Positions 8,919-19,976 of a stretch of 64,000 nucleotides of DNA are shown here, one piece after another. A program made the translations under genes and the position numbers. The stretch lies in the NCBI GenBank assembly GCA_963825055.1, contig CAWGSK010000008.1, positions 32,001-96,000 of the forward strand, read 5' to 3'. The notes under the pieces are model-generated. The model made no database searches. It worked only from the letters and a program-made list of their open reading frames with translations, and had not been told where the DNA came from. This DNA is from an uncultured Gemmatimonadales bacterium. Lineage in GTDB: Bacteria > Gemmatimonadota > Gemmatimonadetes > Gemmatimonadales > GWC2-71-9. Every line of letters begins with the position of its first letter. Positions within the stretch are counted from its first letter, which is position 1.

Positions 8919-10169
8919 TCCCAGCGTGGCCCTGACCTCCACCTCCGTCATCAGGCCCCACTCCAGCAACGGCTCCACCGGCCGCTGCGGGGGTCTCGCC
9001 ACGAAGATCCGGAGCCGCCGTGCACTCCGGTACAGCTCGTCGGCGATACGCGGCAGGCCGAGCCGTCCCGCGCGACCTGCCTCGGTCAGGCGCTCGACGG
9101 TGCCGTTCCGGGTGCGGAGCGGGAGGTTGACCGACAGCATGTTGCTCCGCTCGGGATAGTCGATGAGCAGCTCGCCGGGCTCGAGCCCCACAGCCCGGGC
9201 GCAGGCGTCCTCCACCGCTTCCAGCAGGTCCGGGTCACTGGTCACCCAGGGCTGGATCCCCTCGGGCAGGTCGGCGGCGGGCAGGTCCAGCGCCCGTTTG
9301 TAGAGGGCCCGACGGGCAAGGGCATGGGCGAGTCCTGACGGGTCGTCCGACGCGAGCCGCTCGACCAGGCCGCCATCGGTGTATCCTGCGATCGCGCGCG
9401 TGTCCAGCGAGCCCGCCCGCACGGCACTCCGCACCGCCCGCTTGAACATGCAGGTGGCCGACCGTACGGCATGGTGCCAGTACACGTTCCGGTACATCTG
9501 ATACTTGGCGAACAGCAGGGATTCCAGCGCGCTCAATCCCTTCTCGTGAACGCCCACCTCGATCCGCCCGTCCAGCTCCACCAGCGTGAGCGCGGCCAGC
9601 AGCCGGTTCACGTCCACGGTCCCGTAGGGCACGCCGCACATCCTGGCGTCCCGGCTCAGGTATTCGATCTTGTCCAGATCCAGCGAACCGGAGATGAGCC
9701 CGGCCAGCGGGTTGTCACTCGTGCCCTTGATGAGGGTGCCCACCTGCGTCGCCAGCCCTGCAATCCCCGTCGCCTCGAGGGCGGCCGCGAGGTCCGGTTC
9801 GGCCAGCTTGGCCACGCCCAGGCCTTCATGGTTGGGGAACCCGGCCTCCTCCAGCGAGTGGGAGAAGGGGTAGTGCCCGATGTCGTGCAGCAGGGCGGCG
9901 AGCCGGACGGCGGTGCAGTCTTCCCCGCCGACGCGCGCCAGTTCCCCCCGCTCCCCCAGCGCACCGAGGGCGAGCCGGGTCAGGTGGTACGCGCCGAGTG
10001 CATGCTCGAAGCGGGTATGGGTGGCGCCGGGGTAGACCAGGAAGGCGTGGCCGAGCTGGCGGATGTAGCGGAGGCGCTGGACGGTCGGGGTGTCGAGCAC
10101 GCCCATGGCAAGGCGGTCGACGTGAATGTTGTCCCAGAGGGGATCGCGGATGACCTTGAAATCAACCAT
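8913..10169 (-). CDS. HD-domain phosphohydrolase (SAMHD1/dNTPase-like)
   Basis: QRLRYIRQLG, HTRFEHALG, LLHDIGHYPFSH and DLDKIEYL motifs. Confidence 0.9.
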   Translation of the reverse strand: MVDFKVIRDPLWDNIHVDRLAMGVLDTPTVQRLRYIRQLGHAFLVYPGATHTRFEHALGAYHLTRLALGALGERGELARVGGEDCTAVRLAALLHDIGHYPFSHSLEEAGFPNHEGLGVAKLAEPDLAAALEATGIAGLATQVGTLIKGTSDNPLAGLISGSLDLDKIEYLSRDARMCGVPYGTVDVNRLLAALTLVELDGRIEVGVHEKGLSALESLLFAKYQMYRNVYWHHAVRSATCMFKRAVRSAVRAGSLDTRAIAGYTDGGLVERLASDDPSGLAHALARRALYKRALDLPAADLPEGIQPWVTSDPDLLEAVEDACARAVGLEPGELLIDYPERSNMLSVNLPLRTRNGTVERLTEAGRAGRLGLPRIADELYRSARRLRIFVARPPQRPVEPLLEWGLMTEVEVRATLGG

Positions 10170-10171
10170 GA

Positions 10172-10246
10172 CGGTGAACGGTAAGCGGTGAACGGTGAAC
10201 GGTGAACGGGTGGACGGGCCGTTCACCGCTCACCGTTGACGTTCAC
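10172..10246. repeat. Inverted heptamer tandem arrays (CGGTGAA / TTCACCG)
   Basis: About 5 forward units at 10172-10207 and about 3 degenerate reverse units at 10219-10246. Confidence 0.8.
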
Positions 10247-11844
10247 GCTGTCCCGGCTGGCCCGGCCTTCCGCACGCTGTCCGGTACTTCGCCTTCAAAC
10301 TTCTTGAAGTTGTCCCGGAACATGCCCGCCAGCTTCTGCGCCTGGGCATCGTACGCTGCCGGCTCGGCCCACGTGCTGCGTGGGTCAAGCAGTTGCGGGG
10401 GGACACCCGGCACCGCAGTCGGCACTTTCACCCCGAAGATGGGATCGGTGCGGTGTTCCGCGTCCTCCAGCGCGCCGGAGAGGGCCGCGGCGACCATGGC
10501 CCGCGTGAACGGGAGCTTGATCCGGCTCCCGGTGCCGTAGGGACCGCCCGTCCAGCCGGTGTTCACCAGCCAGACGTGGACGCCGTGCTGCTTGATTTTC
10601 TCGCCAAGCATCGTGGCATAGACGCCGGGATTGAGCGGGAGGAACGGCGCGCCGAAGCAGGCGCTGAAGGTTGCGGCCGGTTCGGTAACGCCCCGCTCGG
10701 TGCCGGCCACCTTGGCGGTGTAACCCGAGAGGAAGTGATACATCGCCTGGTCCGGCGTGAGCCGCGCGATTGGCGGCATCACCCCGAAGGCATCGGCGGT
10801 CAGGAACACGATGTTCCTCGGGTGCCCGCCCACGCCGTTCTCGACATGGTTCGGGATGGCATCAATGGGGTAGCTCGCCCGGGTGTTCTCCGTGATGGCC
10901 TGGCTGTCGAAATCCACCGTCCGGCGGGTCTCGTCCAGGTCGATGTTCTCGAGGATGGTCCCGAACTGCTGGGTCGCGGCGTAGATCTGGGGCTCGGTCT
11001 CCGGACTGAGTCTGATGACCTTGGCGTAGCAGCCACCCTCGAAGTTGAACACCCCGTGGTCGCTCCAGCCGTGCTCGTCATCACCGATAAGACGGCGCGT
11101 CGGGTCGGCGGAGAGCGTGGTCTTGCCGGTGCCGGAGAGCCCGAAGAAGACGGCGGTGTCCCCGTCCCCGCCGATGTTCGCGCTGCAGTGCATGGCCAGG
11201 ACGCCGCGCTTCGGGAGCAGGTAGTTGAGGACGGTGAAGATCGCCTTCTTCATCTCGCCGGCATAGCGCGTGCCGCCGATCAGCACCATGCGGCGCCCGA
11301 AGTGCAGCACGATGAACGTGCCGGTCTTCGTCCCGTGCACGGCCGGGTCGGCCTGGCACTCGGGGGCATGCAGCACGGTGAAGCCGGGCGCAAAACCGGG
11401 GAGGTCCTCTGCCGGTGGACGGATGAACATGTTCCGGACGAAGAGGGCCTGCCAGGCATTGGGCGTCACGAAACGCACCGGCAGCCGGTAGTCGGGGTCC
11501 GCGCCCCCGTAGAGATCCTGCAGGAAGACCTCCTGGCCGTCCAGGTGCTCCTGCACGAGCGCGAGGAGGGCGTCGAACTTCTCCTCCGGCAGCGCCGCGT
11601 TCTTCTCCCACCATATGTCCGCCTCGGACGACGCGTCCCGGACGACGAACTTGTCGTTGGGTGAGCGGCCGGTATGCGGCGTGGTCTCGACCGAAAGGGC
11701 GCCGCCCGTCACCAGGCGTCCCTCGTCGCGCCGGAGGGCGTGCTCGTAGAGGCGGGCCGCGTTCAGGTTCGGATGCACCTGGGCCGGCGTGAAGCCGAGT
11801 CCCGTGAGATTCGGGGCCGGCGGGGTGGCCGTGCGAGCGCTCAT
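10243..11844 (-). CDS. pckA: Phosphoenolpyruvate carboxykinase (ATP)
   Basis: [43 protein letters not shown] and ENTRASYP motifs. Confidence 0.97.
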   Translation of the reverse strand: MSARTATPPAPNLTGLGFTPAQVHPNLNAARLYEHALRRDEGRLVTGGALSVETTPHTGRSPNDKFVVRDASSEADIWWEKNAALPEEKFDALLALVQEHLDGQEVFLQDLYGGADPDYRLPVRFVTPNAWQALFVRNMFIRPPAEDLPGFAPGFTVLHAPECQADPAVHGTKTGTFIVLHFGRRMVLIGGTRYAGEMKKAIFTVLNYLLPKRGVLAMHCSANIGGDGDTAVFFGLSGTGKTTLSADPTRRLIGDDEHGWSDHGVFNFEGGCYAKVIRLSPETEPQIYAATQQFGTILENIDLDETRRTVDFDSQAITENTRASYPIDAIPNHVENGVGGHPRNIVFLTADAFGVMPPIARLTPDQAMYHFLSGYTAKVAGTERGVTEPAATFSACFGAPFLPLNPGVYATMLGEKIKQHGVHVWLVNTGWTGGPYGTGSRIKLPFTRAMVAAALSGALEDAEHRTDPIFGVKVPTAVPGVPPQLLDPRSTWAEPAAYDAQAQKLAGMFRDNFKKFEGEVPDSVRKAGPAGTA

Positions 11845-14153
11845 GGAGTCCTTCCGGTCGTGGGGCGGGCCGACCGCTCGCTGGGGGCCGCGGGCGCGCG
11901 CCGTGCGCGTTCCTGGGCGTCCACCGCGGCGATCACCGCCATGTTGACGATGTCATCGACGCTCGATCCCCGCTGCAGCACGTGGATCGGCGCGGCCATG
12001 CCGACGAGGATCGGCCCGATGGCCACGGCCCCGCCGAGGTCCCTCAGCAGCTTGTAGCTGATGTTCGCTGCATTGAGGTCGGGAAAGATCAATACGTTGG
12101 GCGCCTCCCGCAACCGCGTGAAGGGGTGGTGCCCCTTGAGGAGGTCCTTCACGACGGCGGTGTCGGCCTGCATTTCGCCATCAACGGACAGCTCGGGATG
12201 CCGCTCGTGCAGGATGCCGACCGCGGTGGAGACCCGGCGCGCGGCGTCGTTGCTGACCGAACCGAAGTTGGAGAAGCTGAGCAGCGCCACCTGCGGGTCC
12301 ACGCCGAGCTTGCGGACGAACGCGGCCGTTGCGCGGGCGATCTCGGCCAGTTCCTCGGCGGTCGGGTCGATATGGACGGTACAGTCCGCGAAGAACAGCG
12401 TGCGATCAGGGAAGATCATCATGTAGATGCCGGCCACCGTGAGGTTCCGGCTGGCGCCGGCGGCCTCGAGGGCCGGCCGGATGGCGTGGGGGTAGTGCTG
12501 TGCCTGTCCCACGACCAGCGCATCGGCATCGCCCCGGACCACCATCATGGCCCCGAAGTAGGCGGCGTCCGCCATGCGCCTCAGCGCTTCGGCGCGGGTG
12601 ACACCCTTCCGCTGGCGGCTGGTCCAGAGCGCCTCCGCGTACTCCGCCCGCAACGGGCTGGTTCGCGGATCAACGATCTCCAGGTCATCGAGCGGGACGT
12701 CCGCCTGCGCCGCCGAGGCCCGGATTCCCTCCACCGGCCCGAGAAGGACCGGCCGTACGATCTTCTCATCCGCGAGGATACGGGCGGCGCGCAGGACGCG
12801 GGCGTCGGCGGCGTCGCCCAGGGCCACGCGCTGGGGCAGGGCCGCGGCCCGGTTGCTCAGGCCGCGCATGATCTCGCGGCCCCGTCCCAGCCGGCTCTCC
12901 AGCGTGGTCCGGTACTCGGTCATGTCCAGCTCGATCCGCGCAACCCCGCTCGAGATGGCGGCCTGCGCCACCGCGGGGGCCACGTAGAGCAGCACGCGGG
13001 AATCGAACGGCTTCGGGATGAGGTAGTCCCGCCCGAAGCGCATGCTCTCGACCCCGTAGGCGTGCAGCACAGAATCGGGCACGTCCTCCCGCGCCAGTTC
13101 GGCGAGGGCGCGGGTGGCGGCCATCTTCATCTCCTCGTTGATCCCGCGGGCCCGTACGTCGAGCGCGCCGCGGAAGATGAACGGGAAGCCGAGGACGTTG
13201 TTGATCTGGTTCGGGTAGTCGCTCCGCCCGGTGGCGATGATGGCATCGGGCCGGACCGCGAGCGCGTCCTCCGGGAGTACCTCGGGGTCCGGATTCGCCA
13301 GGGCGAAGACGAGCGGGTCGCGCGCCATCTTCTTCAGGAGGTCCGCCCCGATGGCCCCGGCGACGGACAGTCCCACGAACACGTCCGCGCCGTCAAACGC
13401 CTCCTCAAGGGTCTTCGGGCCACCCTCGCGGGCGAACCGCGCCTTGAAGGCATCGAGGTCATCGCGGCCCGCGTGGATGGCGCCCTTGCGGTCGCACATG
13501 GTGACGTGTTCCCGCTTCACGCCGAGCCGCACATAGTGCTCGGCGGTGGCGATGGCCGCGGCACCCGCGCCCATGAAGACCACCCGCACCTCGTCCAGCT
13601 TCTTGTCGATCAGTTCGAGTGCATTGAGCAGCGCCGCGCCAGAGATGATGGCCGTCCCGTGCTGGTCGTCATGGAAAACGGGGATCTCCAGCTCCTCCCT
13701 GAGCCGGCGCTCGATCTCGAAGCAGGCAGGGGCGCTGATGTCCTCCAGGTTGATCCCGCCGACTGTCGGCTCCAGCATGCGGCAGAAGCGGATCACGTCC
13801 TCGGGGTCGGCGGCGTTGATCTCGAGGTCGAACACGTCGATGTCGGCGAATTTCTTGAAGAGAAGCCCCTTGCCCTCCATGACCGGCTTCCCCGCCAGCG
13901 GCCCGATGTTGCCGAGGCCGAGGACGGCGGTGCCGTTGCTCACCACGGCGACCAGGTTGCCCCGCGCCGTGTAGCGGTAGGCGAGTTCCGGGTCGTCCCT
14001 GATGGCCAGGCACGGCACGGCCACGCCCGGGCTGTAGGCCAGGGAAAGGTCCCGCTGGTTCTCGGTCGGTTTGGTGGGGACGACCTGGATCTTCCCCGGG
14101 CGCCCCTCCTCGTGGTAGCGCAGCGCCTCGTGGCGTTTGTCGGCGGCGCTCAT
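11841..14153 (-). CDS. maeB: NADP-dependent malic enzyme with C-terminal phosphotransacetylase-like domain
   Basis: [24 protein letters not shown] and [15 protein letters not shown]-like C-terminus ([15 protein letters not shown]). Confidence 0.95.
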   Translation of the reverse strand: MSAADKRHEALRYHEEGRPGKIQVVPTKPTENQRDLSLAYSPGVAVPCLAIRDDPELAYRYTARGNLVAVVSNGTAVLGLGNIGPLAGKPVMEGKGLLFKKFADIDVFDLEINAADPEDVIRFCRMLEPTVGGINLEDISAPACFEIERRLREELEIPVFHDDQHGTAIISGAALLNALELIDKKLDEVRVVFMGAGAAAIATAEHYVRLGVKREHVTMCDRKGAIHAGRDDLDAFKARFAREGGPKTLEEAFDGADVFVGLSVAGAIGADLLKKMARDPLVFALANPDPEVLPEDALAVRPDAIIATGRSDYPNQINNVLGFPFIFRGALDVRARGINEEMKMAATRALAELAREDVPDSVLHAYGVESMRFGRDYLIPKPFDSRVLLYVAPAVAQAAISSGVARIELDMTEYRTTLESRLGRGREIMRGLSNRAAALPQRVALGDAADARVLRAARILADEKIVRPVLLGPVEGIRASAAQADVPLDDLEIVDPRTSPLRAEYAEALWTSRQRKGVTRAEALRRMADAAYFGAMMVVRGDADALVVGQAQHYPHAIRPALEAAGASRNLTVAGIYMMIFPDRTLFFADCTVHIDPTAEELAEIARATAAFVRKLGVDPQVALLSFSNFGSVSNDAARRVSTAVGILHERHPELSVDGEMQADTAVVKDLLKGHHPFTRLREAPNVLIFPDLNAANISYKLLRDLGGAVAIGPILVGMAAPIHVLQRGSSVDDIVNMAVIAAVDAQERARRAPAAPSERSARPTTGRTP

Positions 14154-14824
14154 TATGGCCTGACCGCGACGATGTCGGGGTCGAGATGGTAGATGGCTTC
14201 CGCTGTGCGGATGTCGCGGGCGCTCAGCCGGTCCGTGACCGGGTTGGAGTACATCACGTCCGCGGGATCCCCGGTGTGCTGGATCAGGCCGATGGTGTGC
14301 CCGAGCTCGTGCGTGGCGGTCACGTCGAGGCAGGTGTCGAGGTCGCCCTGGCCGATGAAGCGGGGGCTCAGGTAGACCCGCATCGGCAGGGCGAGCTGGT
14401 TGCGCGTCGCCAGTGTGTCGATATCCGTGGCGCCCTGGCATTCCGGCAGGAGGGCGTGGTAGCGCATCGCGGGCGACGGTTTGACCGGCGGGGTCATGAG
14501 TCGCACGATCACGTCGGCCTGCGTCGAGTCCCCGACCACCGCCCCGTCCCACTCGCCGTAGAGGAAGGCGCCCCGCCAGGTCTCAATGGCGCTCTCCACG
14601 TGCGCCGGCAGGCCGAGCGAGTCCTCCACCCAGTAGCGCACCGGAAGCTGCTCCCGGGTCCAGCGGAAGGTCAGCGAGTCGATCCCGCTCGCCGAGGGGA
14701 TGAAGAGGCGCCACTCGTACGGGTTCACCCGGGACGGGCTGGAGAGCTCGCTGCAGGCGAGCCCCGCACCGGCCGCGAGGACCGCCATCAGGGTCGCTCG
14801 CCGGAAGAAGGTCGTGGCGGTCAT
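14153..14824 (-). CDS. Matrixin-like (metzincin) metalloprotease lipoprotein
   Basis: Lipobox-like [16 protein letters not shown] and Met-turn DVMY. Confidence 0.8.
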   Translation of the reverse strand: MTATTFFRRATLMAVLAAGAGLACSELSSPSRVNPYEWRLFIPSASGIDSLTFRWTREQLPVRYWVEDSLGLPAHVESAIETWRGAFLYGEWDGAVVGDSTQADVIVRLMTPPVKPSPAMRYHALLPECQGATDIDTLATRNQLALPMRVYLSPRFIGQGDLDTCLDVTATHELGHTIGLIQHTGDPADVMYSNPVTDRLSARDIRTAEAIYHLDPDIVAVRP

Positions 14825-15408
14825 CGCGCCACCCCCACGCCGATCATCAGGCGGTGCACGTCCTGTGTGCGGGAGAACCCGCGTGCCTCGAGCTGGTCGG
14901 TCGTGAACCGGTGGTAGCTGTACCGGGCCGAGACTGTAAAATCGAGCCCCGCCCGCCACGGGCGGCGATACTCCGCCCCCACGCTGCCGAGCAGTCGGGC
15001 CGGCCCGCCCTGGAGGAACAGCCCCTGCTTTTCCGACGGCCAGTATTTCAGCATGCCGAGGCCGGCTTTCCAGTAGACATTGCGCACCATGGCCGGGCCG
15101 CTGGCGAAGAGCAGGATCTCGCCTGTTCGCAGGCTGCCCAGGTCAGTGTCATTGCCGGTCTCCTTGGCACTCAGGGAACTGCTGGTGAGCGAGCCCTGGA
15201 GCCCGACCCGGATCCGCTCGCCGAAGGGAAGGGAGCCGCTTGCGGTAAGGGTGGGTGCGATGGCCGCCTTGACGTCGATGGGATTGATAATGTCGTCGCT
15301 CACCAGCGTGGAGGACCAGGTGGCCCCGATGCCGCCCGCCAGCCGGACCTGGGCCATCGCGGGGGACGCTGCCAGCGCGAGGGCTGAAAAACAGAGGAGT
15401 AGGCGCAT
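14821..15408 (-). CDS. Secreted / outer-membrane beta-barrel-like hypothetical protein
   Basis: Signal peptide (AMA-Q) and alternating beta-strand pattern; stop overlaps the start of the next gene. Confidence 0.6.
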   Translation of the reverse strand: MRLLLCFSALALAASPAMAQVRLAGGIGATWSSTLVSDDIINPIDVKAAIAPTLTASGSLPFGERIRVGLQGSLTSSSLSAKETGNDTDLGSLRTGEILLFASGPAMVRNVYWKAGLGMLKYWPSEKQGLFLQGGPARLLGSVGAEYRRPWRAGLDFTVSARYSYHRFTTDQLEARGFSRTQDVHRLMIGVGVAR

Positions 15409-15414
15409 CCCCGG

Positions 15415-15443
15415 AAGATGGCCGGGTGCGCCAAGGTGGTCAA
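15415..15443 (-). promoter_or_regulatory. Sigma70-like promoter, probably leaderless
   Basis: TTGACC-17bp-CATCTT, ending 6 nt before the ATG at 15408. Confidence 0.5.
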
Positions 15444-16372
15444 CGCGATGTCCTGGCGCGTCCGAACGCACGGAGGCGACGCAGCATCCTCCGGTCACTG
15501 GTGACCGGGTCGTCCCCCTTGGGGGTTTCGAGGAGCTTCGGGATGGCGGCGAAGGCGGGGTCCCGCATGAGGCGCCGGAAGGGCTCGCGCCCCAGGCTGC
15601 CCTCGCCGATCAGTTCATGCCGGTCCCGGTGGGAGCCGTACGGGGTCCTGCTGTCGTTCAGGTGCATGCACCGGAGCAGGTCCCGTCCGATGATCCGGTC
15701 CCAGGCGGCCCACACGCCGTCCCAGTCGCCCCGCAGGTCGTAGCCGGCGGCGTAGAGGTGGCAGGTATCCGCACAGAACGCGACCCGGTGGCGGACGTCG
15801 TCGCCCACCTGACGGCGCAATTCGGCCAGTTCTTCGAACGTGTGGCCCAGGGCTGTCCCGCACCCCGCCGTCGTCTCCAGGTATACCATGACCGGCCCGG
15901 GCACGGCCCGGAGGCACCGGGTGAGGGCTTCGGCGTTTCTTCCGAGACCCGCGTCCCGGTCGTCAATGTAGTTGCCGGGGTGCGACACCACGGCCTCGAT
16001 TCCGAGGTCGGTACAGCGGTGCAGTTCTGCCTCGAAAGCGCTTACGGAGCGCGCACTTAGCACCCGGTCGGGGGAGGCCAGGTTTATCAGGTACGAATCG
16101 TGCGAAACCACCCCCTGCAGACCGCTGCGTTCATACGCTCTCTGGAAATCTTCACAGAGGGCTGGACTCACTTGAGGCTCACGCCACTGGCTGGGGGTCT
16201 TGGTGAATACCTGGATCGCGGTGGCGCCGATGGCCACCCCCCGCTCCGGAGCGTGGTGCACACCCCCCTGCGTGGAGACGTGCGCGCCGAGTCGTTCCGG
16301 GGCGGGGGGTGGCTGTCGCACGCCCTTGGTGTCTGCTGGTGGAATGAGTAGCTTCTCCCGACTTTTGCCCAT
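15440..16372 (-). CDS. nfo: Endonuclease IV (AP endonuclease)
   Basis: GAHVS, HDSYLINLAS, ETTAG, DTCH, HLNDS, DRHE and LETPK motifs; exact start uncertain. Confidence 0.92.
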   Translation of the reverse strand: MGKSREKLLIPPADTKGVRQPPPAPERLGAHVSTQGGVHHAPERGVAIGATAIQVFTKTPSQWREPQVSPALCEDFQRAYERSGLQGVVSHDSYLINLASPDRVLSARSVSAFEAELHRCTDLGIEAVVSHPGNYIDDRDAGLGRNAEALTRCLRAVPGPVMVYLETTAGCGTALGHTFEELAELRRQVGDDVRHRVAFCADTCHLYAAGYDLRGDWDGVWAAWDRIIGRDLLRCMHLNDSRTPYGSHRDRHELIGEGSLGREPFRRLMRDPAFAAIPKLLETPKGDDPVTSDRRMLRRLRAFGRARTSR

Positions 16373-16381
16373 TGTGAGTCC

Positions 16382-17818
16382 GTGACCGATACCGCGCATC
16401 CCCTCGTGCTGCTGCTCGGCGATCCGTCGGTGCGACCCGACGGTCTCGAGCGCGCACTCGTGCGCGCGGGATTCCAGCTCCTCGAGGCCGACCAGCCACC
16501 CGATCCTTCACATGGCGACCCGGTCCCGGACCTGCTCCTGGTGAGCTGGCCCGACCACGGGGAGGCCCTCCGGGGCTTGCTCGCGTCCCTCCGCACCCCC
16601 GCCCTCGCGGCAGTTCCGAGCCTCGTGCTCCTCGGTACCCCGGAACGCGAGGGCCCGGCCCGCGCCCTCGAGTACGGTGCCAGCGATGCCATGAGCGCCC
16701 CGGTCAACCTTGCCGAAGTCACGTCGCGGCTTCGCGCCCGGCTCGGCGGGGTGGGCCACATGGAGGACATCCGGCAGGCCACCGAGTACCAGGCCATCCT
16801 GCTCGACATCTTCCAGGAGGCTTCGTCGGCGCTGCGCCCGGAGGAGATGGTAAATACGGTGGTCAGGCGGGCAGGGGAAGCGCTGCGGCTCGCGAGCTGC
16901 TCCTTCGTGCTGACGCCGGCGGGCGAGCCGACCGGTCGTGTCATGGCCGTGTACGAGAATCCCACGGTCCGGGACCTGCAGGTCGAGCTGGCGCGGTATC
17001 CGGAGATCCGCGAAGCACTCAGGCGGGACCAGCCGGTGGTTATCGCCGATGTGCGTACCGACCCGCTGTTCGAGGAGGAACGGCGCCACTGGGAGGAACA
17101 CGGGACCGCCGTGGGCTTCCGCGGAGTGGCCGCGTTCCCGGTGCATCTCCAGGGCCGCATCCTCGGCGTGCTGCTGTGCCGGACGGGCCGTGCCGACGCC
17201 CCACTCTCCGAAGCCCAGCTGTCCTTCGCGCGATCACTCGCCACGGCCACCAGCAAGCTGCTGGAGACCGAAGAGCGGCGGGCCGGCATCCAGCGCCGCC
17301 AGGTCGCCGCCGGTGCGACCGACCCACTGACCGGCTGCGGCAGCCTGGACGCGCTCGACCGCCGCATTCGCGAGGAGTTCGCCCGGGCCCGGCGTTACGC
17401 CCTCAGCTTCAGCCTCATCCTGCTGGACGTCGACGAACTGCGGAACTTCAACGAACGGCTTGGTGCGAGCGTGGGGGACCGCGTCCTGACCGAACTCGGG
17501 ACCATCCTCCAGCACGAACTCCGGGCGCCGGACTTCGTCTCGCGCTACGGAGGGGACGAATTTGCCCTCATTCTCCCCGAGACCGACCTCGAAGGCGCCC
17601 GCCGCTCGATCACCCGCGTCCGGCAGAAGATCTCCAGCCATCCATTCCCGGACGTTGCTCCCGAAGACCGCCCCCGGCTCTCCGCCGGCATTGTCGCCTT
17701 CCCCCATCCCGCAGCCATGCAGGCAGAGGATCTGTTCGCGCTGGTCGAGGCGGCGCTGCTTCGGGGCAAGTCGCAGTCGGAGGAACGGATCGGGACGGCG
17801 GAGTCGGTGGCGGCGTGA
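16382..17818 (+). CDS. Diguanylate cyclase (degenerate REC-GAF-GGDEF)
   Basis: DPLTG, RAPD I-site and SRYGGDEF; GAF-like middle region. Confidence 0.88.
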   Translation: MTDTAHPLVLLLGDPSVRPDGLERALVRAGFQLLEADQPPDPSHGDPVPDLLLVSWPDHGEALRGLLASLRTPALAAVPSLVLLGTPEREGPARALEYGASDAMSAPVNLAEVTSRLRARLGGVGHMEDIRQATEYQAILLDIFQEASSALRPEEMVNTVVRRAGEALRLASCSFVLTPAGEPTGRVMAVYENPTVRDLQVELARYPEIREALRRDQPVVIADVRTDPLFEEERRHWEEHGTAVGFRGVAAFPVHLQGRILGVLLCRTGRADAPLSEAQLSFARSLATATSKLLETEERRAGIQRRQVAAGATDPLTGCGSLDALDRRIREEFARARRYALSFSLILLDVDELRNFNERLGASVGDRVLTELGTILQHELRAPDFVSRYGGDEFALILPETDLEGARRSITRVRQKISSHPFPDVAPEDRPRLSAGIVAFPHPAAMQAEDLFALVEAALLRGKSQSEERIGTAESVAA

Positions 17819-17824
17819 GGGGGC

Positions 17825-17900
17825 GTTGAGCCGCCTAGTCGTTGAGTCGTTGAGTCGTTACTTCAGGCTACTCAACCACTCAACTACCCAACTACTCAAC
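17825..17900. repeat. Inverted octamer arrays (GTTGAGTC / ACTCAAC(C/T))
   Basis: Forward units near 17840-17859 and reverse units near 17869-17900, between convergent genes. Confidence 0.7.
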
Positions 17901-19110
17901 GCCGTTTCCGGAGCCACTCCGCCGGATCCAGTGCGATCGAAATATCGCCCTGCGTCCCGCGGATCTCGAAGTGCAGGTGGGGGCCCTCGTCGGAATTCAC
18001 GCCGCCCACCGTCCCGATGACCTGGCCGCGGGTGACCTTGTCACCCACCTTCACGGCTGCCGCCGATAGCTGCATGTAGAGTGAGCGGTACCCGTTGCCG
18101 TGCAGCACGAAGACGCTCAGGCCGTACGTGCCCAGGACCTGCACCACTTCCACCGTCCCGCCTTCCACCGCGCGCACCGGGGTGCCCGCCGGCGCGCCGA
18201 TGCCGATGCCGTTGTGGCGGATGACGGCGCCGCTCGCCAGCGTCTCGCGCCCGAAGTTGTAGAGGATGGCCCCTTCCACGGGCCAGTCGAGCCTGCCGAT
18301 GTCCGCCGTGGTGATGGTGGCGGCCTCGGCGGCGCCGCCCGTCCGGGCGTTCCGCGCCGCTTCGGCGCGGGCCGCCCGGGCGAGGGACTCGAGCAGGTCG
18401 TTGACGCGGGCCTCGTCGCGATCGAGCTGGGTGAGTTTCTGGTCGGTCGTGCGGGCGCTCCGCCGGACGGCCTGGAGGCGCTTGCTCCGTTCTTCGGTGA
18501 GCACGCCGTAGCGGCGGAGCTCATCGTCGCGTTCGTCCCGCCGGCGGTTGAATTCCGAGCGCACCATCAGGATTTCGTCACGCTGGCGCTGCACGCGGTT
18601 CCGGAGGTCTTCCACCTCGCGCTCGAGTGCGCGGTCCTGCCGGCTGGTCAGGAAGAGGTACTTGTACCGGCTCAGGAGGTCACCGAAAGATTCCGCCGTC
18701 AGCAGCACTTCCACCGCGTGCAGCGGGCCGCGCTTGTAGATATCCACCAGCCGGCGCTGCAGCACGGCGCGCTTTTCAGCAAGGTTGTCCTGTGCCAGGA
18801 GCAGGTTCATGCTGGCCGAGTCGATCTGCGTATTGAGCGTCCCGATCTGGCCGTCCAGTTCCCGGACGATCCGGGCCGTGGTTTCCTTCTGGCGTTCGAG
18901 GTTGGTGACTTCTTCGTCCAGCGTATGCGCCTGCCCGCGAAGCCGCTCCTGTTCCGACTGCAGGCGTGCCCGCTCCTGGCGGATTTCGTCCAGGCGCCGG
19001 CGGCTCTCGTTCATCTGTCGGGTGATGTTGCCCTGCGCCGCGGCGGGAAGCGCGTTGAGGGTGAGCAGCGCCGCGACGACGATGGCCGGGAAGAAACGCC
19101 GCACGGTCAC
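17896..19110 (-). CDS. envC: EnvC-like murein hydrolase activator (coiled coil + M23 domain)
   Basis: Signal peptide, long coiled coil, then WPVEG...NGIGI...PHLHFEIR; directly follows ftsEX. Confidence 0.85.
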   Translation of the reverse strand: MTVRRFFPAIVVAALLTLNALPAAAQGNITRQMNESRRRLDEIRQERARLQSEQERLRGQAHTLDEEVTNLERQKETTARIVRELDGQIGTLNTQIDSASMNLLLAQDNLAEKRAVLQRRLVDIYKRGPLHAVEVLLTAESFGDLLSRYKYLFLTSRQDRALEREVEDLRNRVQRQRDEILMVRSEFNRRRDERDDELRRYGVLTEERSKRLQAVRRSARTTDQKLTQLDRDEARVNDLLESLARAARAEAARNARTGGAAEAATITTADIGRLDWPVEGAILYNFGRETLASGAVIRHNGIGIGAPAGTPVRAVEGGTVEVVQVLGTYGLSVFVLHGNGYRSLYMQLSAAAVKVGDKVTRGQVIGTVGGVNSDEGPHLHFEIRGTQGDISIALDPAEWLRKRR

Positions 19111-19976
19111 ACCCTCCGGAGGTGCCGCCCGACGCTCACCAGGCTCCCGCCAAGGCCCATCACCACCCCGAAGAGGACCAGCAGGGCGAGCTGGGGCGCA
19201 CTGAAGAACACCAGGCCCGTGAGACCGCCCACGTCCTGACCCTGGAACAGGACGAACCCCAGCCAGCACAGCAGTACCGAGAGCAGCCCGCCGAGCAGCC
19301 CCTTGAGGGCTCCCTCCAGGAGGAAGGGGCCGCGGATGAACCAGTCGCTCGCGCCGACCAGGCGCATGATGCCGATCTCGCCGGCGCGCTGGAGCACGGT
19401 CATGCGGATGGTCGTCCCGATGATCACGATGGCGACACCGGCGAAGGCGAGCCCGATCATGAGCACCACGATCCCCGCCACGTTCCTGAGCCGGTCCAGA
19501 CGCTCGATCCAGTCCCGGCCGAAGCGGACGTCCTCCACGAAATCGAACGACTTGACCCGGTCCGCGACCGCCTGGGCGTGCACCGCGTCCCGGTATCCCT
19601 GGCGCAGCCGGATTTCCAGCGACGGCGGCAGCGGATTCACCTCCAGGTCCCGGTAGGCATCGCGGAACTCCACCAGCTCCGTGCGGGCCCGTTCCAGCGC
19701 TTCCTCGGAGGAGACATAGGACACGCTCAGGACCTCAGGAAAGGCGCCGATGTCCTGCGACGCCCCCGCGATCGTCTCCGGCGGGGTTCCCCGAAGCATG
19801 AACGCGACCACCTCCACCCGCTCCTCCACCCCGCGGAGCGCCTGCCGGAGGTTCAGGGCCACCAGGCCGAAGAGGCCGACCACGAACAGGCTGAAGGCAA
19901 TGGTGGTCACCGAGAGCAGCGACAGGAGCGGCGCGCGCCGGAAGGAGAGCAGGGCCTCGCGGGCAACGAGCCTCAT
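19107..19976 (-). CDS. ftsX: Cell division permease FtsX
   Basis: NPLPPSLEI, EIGIMRLVGAS and PFLLEG motifs. Confidence 0.92.
   Translation of the reverse strand: MRLVAREALLSFRRAPLLSLLSVTTIAFSLFVVGLFGLVALNLRQALRGVEERVEVVAFMLRGTPPETIAGASQDIGAFPEVLSVSYVSSEEALERARTELVEFRDAYRDLEVNPLPPSLEIRLRQGYRDAVHAQAVADRVKSFDFVEDVRFGRDWIERLDRLRNVAGIVVLMIGLAFAGVAIVIIGTTIRMTVLQRAGEIGIMRLVGASDWFIRGPFLLEGALKGLLGGLLSVLLCWLGFVLFQGQDVGGLTGLVFFSAPQLALLVLFGVVMGLGGSLVSVGRHLRRV

Noticed and set aside
11982..14192. Long antisense ORFs (also 1039-3060, 26885-28393, 40177-42150, 48593-50908, 52841-54466)
   Set aside because: Typical stop-poor shadows of high-GC genes on the opposite strand, with no recognisable motifs.
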